In this document: one piece after another, positions 14,201 through 26,200 of the stretch
Layout of the letters: every line of letters starts with the position of its first letter
How positions within the stretch are numbered: the stretch's first letter is position 1
From: Sphyrna mokarran
Lineage: Eukaryota
DNA length: 64,000 bases
Assembly (NCBI GenBank): GCA_024679065.1
Contig: JAGIQG010000009.1
Span: 58,838,001-58,902,000, forward strand
Reading direction: 5' to 3'
Position numbers and translations under genes: made by a program
The notes under the pieces: generated by a model
The model's input: only the letters and a program-made list of their open reading frames with translations
Told to the model about the DNA's origin: nothing
Databases searched by the model: none

Positions 14201-17200
14201 TTTGTCCTCCCCAATTTGATGTCATCTGCAAATTTAGAATCACACTTTTAACCCAAAGTCTAAATGGTCAATGTAAATTGTGAAAAGCAACTGATCCTTG
14301 TGAAATATCACTTCCTACTTTCTGCCATTCTGAATGACTACCCTTTACTCCCAATCTTTACTGACTGTATTGAAATCAGCTAACAATCCATTCTGCACTT
14401 GTCCCCTGGCTACATATTCTCTGACCTTGTTCATTGGTCTACTATGGGGTATTTTATCAAAGATCCTTTGAAAATCCAAATAAATTGCATCTAATGCATC
14501 ACCATTTTCTACTGCATTTGTCACCATCTCACGAATGTCGACAGACCCAATCAAAAAGGATTTTCTTTTTGAAATCCGCAATGACTATTCAATATTATAT
14601 TTCTCATTTGTTGATGTCCATATTCTTTCCGTTATTTAAGGATTCCATTATTTTTCCTGCGACTGATGTTAAACCGTTTGGTTTACAATTCCCTGGGCAC
14701 TTCTTTCCATTCTTAGATACAGGAGTTGCATTGGTTTCCTGCCAATTTTACACACCTTCTAACAAATTAAGCGTGAGCAGCAATGCTTCTGATATCTCTT
14801 CTCCAGATTTTGTTTGAAATACACAGATGCAGTTCATCTGAACCAGGGCTGTTTAACCTGTTAACCATCTAACCTGTTTAGTTTATTCAATATATCTCCT
14901 TTTAAATATACTGATCAAATTATTTATTATTGAATGCCATGCCTTCCTGTTCTATTTCTTTGGTAAATACTGCAGCCAAATAATTATTTAATATTTCTGC
15001 TATCTTTCCATTGTCACTCATGGTATTATTCTGCCTTTCTCTTAATGCTCCAATTCCCATCACAGCCTTGCTTTTCTCATTGGTGTGTCTGTAAAATATT
15101 TACTTTTTTATGGTCTTCAATAATTTAGTTTCATAGTTGCTCTCTGCTTCCATATTTCTTTACTTCAAATGATCACGGTGTTGATGGGAAGGACAAAAAG
15201 GGGCACTATTAAGAGGAATTAGTGAAACTAAAGACAAAATGAGACCAGAAGATGCAGAGTAAGAGGGAAGCATAGAAAATTTGATAATTTATCACTTGAA
15301 TGCTCCATGAGCAACTGGGAATGGGCAATAAATGCTGGCCTAGCCAGTGATGCCCACATCCTGTAAATGAAAACTTTAAAAAAACTCTCATTCCCATTCC
15401 AATCTCTCAGCCCTTAGTTGCTTTTATATTCTAAAGGAGTTAGTTCAATACAAGCTCACATTTCTATTACACACATCACTGACCTCAACCATTTAAAACC
15501 TTTATCCCAACTCCCAGCTACTCTTAGCTAATAGTTATTGGCAATGTAGGATAGGCGCTCCACTGTTTCCTAAGAATTGAGGTGATGGTAGGCTGATACT
15601 TGGGATGATCACCCTCAACATCTTTGTATTTTTCTTTTCTTCCAGCAAATTCCTGGGGTGCAGGAATTTCTCCCTTTTCCAGATTTTCCACACTTCCCTC
15701 ACCTTTCTATTTGGCTGCAATCATTTATATTTCCTTGGGATTTATGTGCATCTGTTATTTCTCTAATTTCTCTCATTCTTGCCTCCTTTTGTCAGAGTAT
15801 TAGCACCTCTATTACTTAATCGCTACCATTCCTCCATGTAGTCACAGACCTTTCTCATTTTTCTCCCCACTTTTTTTTCCCCTGGCTGCAGTCCAAAGAC
15901 AATGTTGTGCAGACATGAGACACCTAAAGTCTGTTCTGGCTCAGATTACACATGTCACCAGCTCAGCAAGTGGTCAGGAGAAAGGAAGTCAATTAGCATG
16001 GGGTCCATTTGGGAGATTAAGTTGTTTGTATATTTAAAGAAAATTAGAATGTATATAACCAGCTGCAGAATATATGTTAAAGCAATTGCCCTGATTATCC
16101 ACCTTTGGATAAGGCAAAGCAAATTGCAAATTTTAAATTTGATTCATGTGCACTAACCATAGAAAGGAAATATTTTTACCAAAATGTCCGAATGAGTTTA
16201 ATGCACTGAACATTATACTCATGTAGGAGATTAAATTAGTGGACTTAAGAACAACACTCTGCTTCTGAGTTCTTCTATAATATGCAATATTAATGTGGAA
16301 TAATATTTATCACCCTCCCCTGCACCGCCTCCATCCCGCTTTCCATTCCTTACCAATTCCAGTTGTGCTTAGTTTCTGTAGAAAATTATATTGAGGAATA
16401 CATTTTGGATGAAATTAAATATTAAAGCTAGATTTGTACCTTAGGGATCCCGTCCATATCTCCTGATCCTAAGAAGAGTAACAAAGTGAAACATTTAGTT
16501 TAAAATATGCTTTGTTTCTACAAATTACCCTACATGTTGGAGAATACAAGACAGTACTGGAAAGAGTGCTGAAAATTCCATCATTGTTTGTAATATTACA
16601 TATTCGTGGCTTGGTAAGATAATTACAACTGCACTTTATTTTTCCAGGTAAATAAATCCACATTCATGTCCTTATGATTACAATATCTCTTTCCTACTTG
16701 AGAATTCAGAAGCCTGCTTACTTAAAATGAACTTTATATACCTAAACAGGCTTAAGTTTTAACACTGATTCCACTGGCTTCCTTTCATGATTATTTCTGT
16801 GGGAAAAGCAACTTACCTAATGATCCATTCATGTGATGTGGCTCAATTCCTCCCATTCCACCCATTGGTCCCTCGGAGCCAGGACCCAGCGGGAACTGAA
16901 AGGAGAAATGGAAACAAAATAAAAATGAGCATTCAAAATTTCTATGGCTGCTGCACAAATGGGAAACATTCTGTTTATGATGGTTGCCTAAGAGTATCTG
17001 ATGATGACAAAAATCCTGAACATAACTGATTGTTATTTACAACTATGAAACAACATCAAAAACATACAACTCTTGTCTTCTTTTCTTCCAGATGTTAACT
17101 ACCAGATGTTAACAAGCCTGCTGTGTAAGTCCAGAATTGTCTATTTCATTTTAAAAAAATCTTTTTCAATTAATTGAAGCATTTTAATCCTAAATGCCAA

Positions 17201-20200
17201 TTTTGCGTTTTATGCACCATAAAAGGAAAAAGTTGGCATTTTTGTTTCCATTGTGACTCGAGTTGTCAGGAATCAAGAGGTTTATCCCTGTAGCATTTTT
17301 TCTTCTTTCTTGTAGATCCTAAACTTACATTTGATCGGCTTCCTCCAGGTGGTACTGGATTAATCATTGTGTACATATTGTCACTGGAATTCGTTGAATC
17401 TGTATTCAAGGAAAACAGAAAAACAAATCAACATAATTAATGGTGCCTCCATTCACACACGGCAAACATGCAGCACTTGCATGGGAAGTTCTCCTGAGTT
17501 TCTTGGTCTTAAGAGTCTTTTAAAAGCAAAATTTTCCTTTAATAAACAGCTGGTTATTTGGCGCAGGAATTGTCTACTTCAGCTACTTTGTTCATGACAT
17601 AGCATTTACACCACATGACAGGCTGTTTAGACCTGCAGCTCCACACCAACTCCTCTCTATCAAATCCATGAACATGATCTTTTAACCCTCGTGTTTTATC
17701 TAGCTTCACATTAAATGCATCAACTACATCTTGTAATGGTAACACAGTGGTTAGCACTGCTGCTTCTTAGCTCCAGGGACCTGGGTTCGATTCCCAGCTT
17801 GGGGCACTGTGTGAAGTTTGCACATTCTCCTCGTATTTGTGTGGGTTTCCTCCACAGTCCAAAAATGTGTGGGTTAGGTTGATTAGCCATGCTAAAGATT
17901 GCCCCTTAGAGTCTTGAGATAGAGGTTACAGGGATTAGTGGGTAAACATATAGAAATATGGGGCTGGAACCTGGGTGGGATTATGGTCGGTACAGACTCG
18001 ATGTGCCAAATGGCCTCTTTCTGCACTGTAGAGTTTTTACACCATTCACCTCAGCTACTTTTGGTTCTGGTATCATCCTCATGAATGTTTGTTTGCACCT
18101 TGACCAGTCCTCTATATCCTTTCATAATGATGGTATTCCAAGTGTGGCCTACCAATATTCCATAATGTAACTGTGGGACATGGACATCACTGGCTAGCCA
18201 GCATTTATTGCTCATCCCTAATTGCCTGAGGGCAGGTGACAGTCAATCACATTGCTATGGCTCTGGAATCACATGTAGACCAGACCAGGTAAGAAAGGCA
18301 GATTTCCTTCTCTAAAATACAATAGTGAAAGTGAAAATAGTCTGCTTTTCAATTCTCTATAAGTGAACCTGTGCTTTGTTTGCCCAAACAATGGCATTAA
18401 TTCGTGTTGCTACTTTTAGCAATTTCTGAATCTTTATCCCCATAACTTACCACAGAAAACAAGTGCTGAACTTGCAGTTTATAGATGAATTAGCCGAAAT
18501 TCTCCATCAGTTCATTCTCCAGTTAAATTATACAACACCATCACCTACGTTAATCTAGTATTTTGCACCAACTTTTTTATCAAAGGAGCAATACGTTATG
18601 AACAGTGTTCAATATTATAATTTCATTTTTTGTTTTGAGTTGAATGATGGTTGTAACCAATTTTTAATGGTTGCTGAGCCTTGGAGCATTTAGGAATGCA
18701 ATGAAAGGAACTTAAGTCAATAAAACATCCTACATGACAGTGACTTGTCAAAGTTCATCTCTTTACAACTTCAGATGCTTACCTTTTGGTGCCCCTCCAC
18801 CCGTTATAGATTTAAAAGGGATTTTAAAATCATAAAATCAAAGAATAGTGCAGAAGGAGGCTATTCAGCCCATCGAGCCTGCATAGAAAACAATCCCAAT
18901 GAAGTCCTATCCCTGTAACTCTGCACGTTTACCCTACTAATCTCCCTGACACTAAGGGCAATTTAGCATGGCCAATCAACATGGGCAGAGAAAAGATTAC
19001 CTGGTGGAAACCCACGCAAACATGGGGAGAACATGCAAACTTCACAGAGTCACCAATGGCAGGAACTAAGCACAGATCCCTGGCACCATGAGGAAACAAA
19101 AGTTGCAAAATTCAATCAGTAGCCAATAAATAGATCGAACTAGGAGTAGCTTCCTTGTCATTTTTTCCTTATGTTTCTGGTATTGAAGTGTTTCAAGTGC
19201 AATAAATGAAGTCTTCCAAACCACGTTTATTACCATATAATTACAACAGGTCAGTTAGTAGCCCAGTTATTGATGGAATTTGGTTACTGAAACCAGGGAG
19301 TAATTACTTTATTCGCATTCATAAATTTATTACATTGAACACAGTGAAAAAAGGGGATTATGTAAAGCTAGGCACTTGACACCAAAAACACTGGACTTGA
19401 ACAATTCAAACTTGTTCTCTGGTTATAGAAATCAATATTATAAATTTAAAAATTATCCAAATGGTGACTGAGACTCACCAGAACAAATTCATATACAATT
19501 CATTCAATATAAAAAGTTAAACAGGTAGCTCAGATACAACTATAAAATTTTGTATCAAATTTAAGTGCAAGTGTAGTGCACCTTAAAAAGAACATTATTT
19601 AATCTAATTGTCCAATTACATAGGTAATTAAGCTATGCAGTAGGTGCTGATGACACAGTTGAGGGTATTATTTAAGAGTATTATTGAATGCAACACTTCG
19701 GGGAAACCCATCAACAGAATTATTTATCTCATGCTGTTGACGTTCTTTCAGTCAGCGACTAAATTGTGTAATCAACACGTACTGTCTCAGGAAAAACATA
19801 CTGGGGCAAAAAGGCGGCAAGGCTTTGATCTTTTAAAAAATAATTACTGACAAGACATTTGTTAAGTTGAAATGTGGTAGCTTGTACATGTTTTCATGTG
19901 AAATCTTGACAAGTAGTTAAGACTGGCATGCATTTAAGATTTTAACAGCAGTATTGAGAGACTCATGGGTAAAGTTGTACCTGCTGGACTTGGCATTATT
20001 GGTGTCCCTGGAGGACCTCCACCACCAGGGGGCCCCTATGAACAAAACACACAAGTCAGTCTCATGATTGAATCATTACAGTATTCACTAGGTTATGCTG
20101 TTGTGAGCATACTGCACTGAGGGCTTGGTGCATTGCTAAATATTCTCAATACAAAATGAGAAAACAGTCTACTGAACACAGATTTTTGAGAGCCTAAAGG

Positions 20201-23200
20201 AAACAGGAAATCATTCCAACATCAGGTCAAATTTGTCTGCCTCTAGTCTGTAACCAACACTAGTTCCTAGAGTCACAGATGGACTTTAATCAACTACTAA
20301 AAATATGGTTGAAGTGATTGGTTGGACATTTTTACCTTTGTGGTCCCTCTCTTTAGAAGAGGATTTTTTAAAAAATGTTTGCAACATCTCTGAAGCCAGT
20401 GCCAAATATATTCCAATTTCAGCATTTTACACAAATCACTCACCAAATTAGCAAAATGTTAAATGTTGCTGTCGTCAGTTCAAGAATTTGGTGGTAGTTA
20501 CTTCAAGAAAATAAAGCTAAATTGTGTATTTGCCGTTCTCCAGTTTCATTGTGACAACTTCTCCCAACTAAAAAGATTTTTCAACATTCAAAATCTGTTG
20601 CTGAGTACATTACGGTGCATGAAACTGTAAGCAGCAATGGAGGGAGTTAATGCAAAAACTCAACTCTAAAACATACTTTCTTTGATTCGGGGAAGGAGTA
20701 TGCCATCTGTTTCTAGCTATGCCAATTTGATCATTTCCCTCAATATCTAAATGTAAGAGAATCTTTTACCAACTGTCCTTCCTTCTGGGAAGGGGTCGAC
20801 ACTAAAGACAGATATATTCCTATGCAAAATTTCCTACAACTATTTCTGATCCATCTCCAGAGCCTTAGAACTTTTCATCATCTACAAGCCTTTGTACTGT
20901 GCAAAACTTGAAATACAAATACGTACCCCATATGTACCAGGAGATGATGAGGAATATGGAATCTGAAAGTGAAAACATCATATCTGAGAGATTTAAAATC
21001 AAATTTACCAAACATTAATGAAGCCAGTCTCAAACTCTGCTTAACTATTATGAATATGCTTTGGGTGAAATCTTGCATGTTAACTTTCAATAGCTTGCCT
21101 CAAAATCTAAATTAGTAGAAAGTTAAGATCTAGTTTATGAATGGGGTGGGAGGAAATAAACTTCTCTAAGTATTGACTTCTTGTTTTTTTTTCCTGATTT
21201 CTCTGGAAGACTTACCCAAATGGCCACTGCGTAAACTGGCATAAGTACTGGTAAAATATTTATATGAAGACTTGAGACAATGTTGCCAACCATTAGTAAA
21301 TTGAACTTAAGGTTGCAATGAACACATTGGTAAAATTCCTATTTTTGTTCCCCTCTCCCAAATTCACCAAAAACTACTGACATATATGTAACATAGGATA
21401 ACATTCTAAAGTACTTTTAAAAACTTTTGAAGTATTGTTAGAGTATTGTAAAATAACTAGTACAGGGAACACATTAGCCAATTTACACACTGCAAAATCT
21501 CACAAGCAGTAATCACCAGATTGTGTGTTTTAATGATGTAGGTTGAGGGATAAATATTAGTCTGGATTAGTGTTGAAATAATGTCATAGGATATTTAAAG
21601 TCAACCTGAAAGGATAGTCAGACTCTTGATTTAACGGTCTCAAATGCACTTCCAACAGTTCAGTGTTCCCACAGTACTGTCGTGATTCAAATTCAAATCT
21701 CGCAGGGCTGAATGGCCTGTTCCTTATTCACACATATAAACTTTTATTTCAAGTATTATTATTACTCAAAATGCTGTATTGTGGGAGGGCTACACTGAAG
21801 TGCCAGCCAAGATTTGTGCTTAAGGCTTTGGAGCGGGACATAAGAACAAAGAACAAAACAGCACGGGAAACAGGCCCTTCGGTCCAACGAGCCCAAGCCA
21901 CCACCTCAACGTTCCCACCTCTACCCATGATCCCTGTCTATGTTTATAGATCTATGCATTGGAACCAAATTTGAGACAATTTAGGGAAAATTTGTTCTGC
22001 CAATCAGCCTAAGAGCACATCTTTGGGATGTGGGACGAAACTGGAGCACCCAGACATGAACTTGATTCCTTCAGATTCAAATGAGTTGACACGGGTCAAT
22101 TGTAGCATCTTCCCTGTCACTCTAATTGACACAAACTAACTGAGTAGAAGGCCACTGATTACACCTTCTAAAGTGTTTTGCTTAATACTATCAAAGAAAC
22201 TCATTCACCCATCCATTATCAGGGAAACTGCTTTGTCCACTATTAATATTGCAGCAATTATCACTACAGAGACTGATGGGTCATAAAGACATTTATCCTG
22301 CAGGTAGATGAGAAGCACAGGATAGCTTAAGGAAATAGAAAATCAGTTGTTGTAATTGTTATTGTACATTAAATAAACCAAATTTAATATCCCAAGGTTA
22401 GGATATTCAGAACAACTATCTGAAAGACAGTGGTTTTGGAAAAAAGTATTTATAACCTCACAACAGCTACTGATAATTTGGTCTAATATATCATTCAAAA
22501 GCAGTCTGACCCACATACAAGTGTGAAACCAGAAAGCTTCTCGAGAAGGGTGTGTAACAGATGTGATTAAAAAGTTTAGGAAAAAACATTTTACACTAAA
22601 CAACATGATCTACATATTCGAAAAGTAACTTTCTTGGTTCATAACTTGCATGTGGCTCAGGATTTATCAGACCAAATTACCCATTGTACGTCTTGAGAAG
22701 TCATAAACATTATTTCTCTTTATGTATGTATTTTGAGTTACTTATCCTGAATATCCCAAAACTAAGGCACCGAGTTAGAACCCCTTGTTTCAACTGAGTT
22801 ATCAGTCTCCTCCAGACAGGGCAGCAGTGGGAATATTACTATTTCCTCAGTCATCAAAGATTGGAGGCAGGAAACTGCAACTAATGTTTCCTTGCATTCC
22901 TGCCCTGTGACTTCTGTTGGAAAGTACACTTCTGTGAGCAGGAGAACACAGGACTCAAGCTCAATTATGATGGTCCGTGGTGCACAACTGACTGCCAGCG
23001 CTGCTGAGGCATCCAGGTGAATAATACACAAGCTGATAAAGTTGTCCATGGGACTATATTCAGCAGAGACGATTTCCAGGAGGGAAATGGGGTAAAAAAG
23101 GAATTTATGTGGTGATCCTAGGATGGCATGGAGGCACAGTGATTAGCACTGCCGCCTCACAGTGCCAGAGACCCAGGTTTGATTCCTGGCTTGGGTCACT

Positions 23201-26200
23201 GTCTGTGCAGAGTCTGCACATTGTCCGTGTATCTGCGTGGGTTTCCTCTGGGTGCTCCAGTTTCTTCCCACAGTCCAAAAGACGTGCTGGTTTAGATGCA
23301 CTGGCTGTGCTAAACTTCTCCCTCAGTATATCCAAACAGGTGCTGGAGTGTAGCAACTAGGGGATTTTCACACTAACTTCACTGCAATGTTAATGTAAGC
23401 CAACTTGTGACAGTAATAAATAAACTAAACACTGGTTGAATGGTTGCGTGGATTGAAATTTGGTCATGAATGCCCCTTGCTGTGTAGGAGTATCATACTG
23501 AGCCACTTGCCACTGTGCACTGTCCAAATTGCATGCACTGCAATAAATTTTCTTTCTCTTCTAGGATTAACAGCCATTACTGAACAACAGCTGTTCTCCT
23601 GACATTTCTGAGCCAACTTTACAACTCAGGTGAATGCCACAAATGTACTCATCAATTTGTTACACTTCCATTTCCTTTCCTCTTTTTACCCGAATGTGAA
23701 TGATAGCAGAGACATCCAGAGCAGATCCAAAAATGTTGATGTTTTATGGCAACGTTTGAAAATTGTGATGACAACCTCTCACTGGAATATAACTTGATCA
23801 AGTTGCACTTGAAAAATCACACTCCAAACCCAGAGTGAATTGTTGATTTCAATCCCAACACCGTACGTAGCTACTGTGCCTCAGCTCTCCAATCAGGAAC
23901 AAATGAACAAGCTGGGGATTGGGGGGGGGGGGGGGGGGGGGGGGGGGCTCTTTTTAGAAAAGGAAAGACTAAGGAAAAACTTAATGAAGGTTTTTTACAA
24001 TTACTTAGGAATTTGAAACGATAGACACAAATGATGTTTCCACGAATAGGGATGTCCAAAATAAAGGCCACAAATATAAGACAGTTACTCATAAATCAAA
24101 GAAGAAATTCAGGACGTACCTCTTTACCTAATGTGGGGCTAGATTGTGTGAAAGTGCTAACACATGGAGTAACTGAGGTGAATAGATGCACATAAATCAA
24201 AGCTAAATGAACATAAAACGTTCCGAAAATGAGTTTAAATGAAGAAGAATGGGAGGAGGCTCATATAGGGCATAAAACATTGGCATTGGCCAATTGGGTC
24301 AAATGTCCTGTTTCTCTCCTGTAAATTCCATTCAAGATGGCTGTCTGACACCTTCACAAAAAGCCACACGCGCGCGCACACGGTGGGGGGGGAGACGGAC
24401 ACTTCAAGATCAATAATTCTGTTTTAAAAGAGACACTCCATTTACTGTATGTAGATGCAATAAATTTGCTGCCCAATAGTAAAGGAAGTGCTGAACTCCT
24501 ATAACTATGGAAACTACAACTAAGATCCCAGAGTTGCTTGGAAGAGTGAACTTATCAAGAGTCCCAAGGAAAGGAAAGACTGGATAAAAATAACGCTACA
24601 TTTCTGGAACCATTTAGGTATTGCCAGCTCAGTCTTTTTGGATTTTATCAGGACATGAAAATCACTAAGCCCATTTCAATCTACCTTCCAAATGTGGAAG
24701 AGATTCACAGGATTCTCCATTTGTAATCAGGGGAAGGGATTGGCATTAGAATCAAAAACAGCAAAATGTGAATGAAAACTGAAAGAACAATTTGGTTATA
24801 ACATAAGAAAGGCTTTCTCTTACTACTGGAAGTGGTTTGAATGGAGCTGATAATGGAGACAGGAGAAGCAAAGGAATAATGACGTGTCTCATACAGAAAC
24901 CATAAGTAAAATGAAAAAGATTGTACAGTACAGAATGATTACCGACCAATCAGAAAAGTAATTTCTTGCTGGATTGCCAAATGTATTTATAGTACATGGA
25001 AACTAATAAACAAAGTTCATTGTAATAGGCAGGTGCAGGTAACATTTTGTTTGTATACACGCTGAATCAATCTTAAAATGTTTCCCTAAGGTCTAATAAT
25101 CAAAATAAATTGCTTTCCTTCCAAATTCCTTATTAAAGTTGATGATCATTGAAAAAAATGTGCATTGCATTGTCCAATTAAACCATAAAGAGTGGCATGC
25201 GTTAGAATCAATACACAAGAAATTGTCTCAAAGCTAGCTGCTACAAGTTTTCATTAAATTTTTAATTACAATAATAAAGAACAACTTACTATATTAATAC
25301 TAATTAAAGAAATAACATATGCAACAAGGAAAAGGACATTCTATACAAGAGGGCAATAAAACACATTTGCTGAGAGTGAACTGATAAACATATTTAGGAT
25401 TAGAAAAGGATTTGATTGGACAAACGTAGAACCATTTTTTCTACCTGCAGTGGAGATCAGAATCAGGGGCCATAAAAATGAAAGTGTCATGAACAAACAT
25501 GAGAGAGAGAATTCTGGAGTAACTTCTTAGCTCCATGGTTAGAATGTGGAACTTGCTACTGCAGAGAATAGTTAAGACGAATAGCAGAGACTAATGGGAA
25601 GTTAGATAAACAAATAAGAAAGAAAGGAATAAAAGGATATGGTGGTGGGATTAGAGAAGAATGATGGGAGGAGACTCATGTGGAGCATAAACACTGTTGG
25701 GACAAATGGTCTATTTGTGCTGTAAATACTATGTAATACAGCACTACTTACTGAGTTAGCATTGGAAGGATTAGGCCATGGTCGTCCAGCTCCTGGGCCC
25801 CTGCAACGAAAATATATTAAAAGCATTTATTTTCTCAATGCATTAACTCTCACAACCCATTCTTGCAGCCCTAAATCAGGGCTATTTTCATTAAATCTTT
25901 CCTTGTCTTTATCATAAATTAAGATTCCATTACAACTAAATTTATCTTTGGCATTAAAGTTTAAAATGCTCAAAAAATGTTAGAAGTCAAAAATATATCC
26001 AATTTTCCTCGCTTAATGTTTGGAAACATGCAACTGAACTCAGCAAAGGAAATGGTATGTCTTGGAAAGTGATCACTGATGTCAGTAAAAGTTTAAAATC
26101 AACTTTCCCCACTTTTAACAATCACTTATCTGAACACTTACATGTTCATTCCAGCCATGCCTGGACCTATTGAATTGGGAGGAGGTCTCATTGAGCCGCC

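Noticed and set aside
17736-17800. tRNA-like A and B boxes (also at 23121, 28055, 44769, 49116, 52700)
   Set aside because: These are SINE heads continuing into SINE bodies, with no cloverleaf; not tRNA genes.
21216-21247. 32-nt pseudo-exon with strong GTAAGT donor in intron 11
   Set aside because: Poor pyrimidine tract and frame-shifting; indistinguishable from chance.
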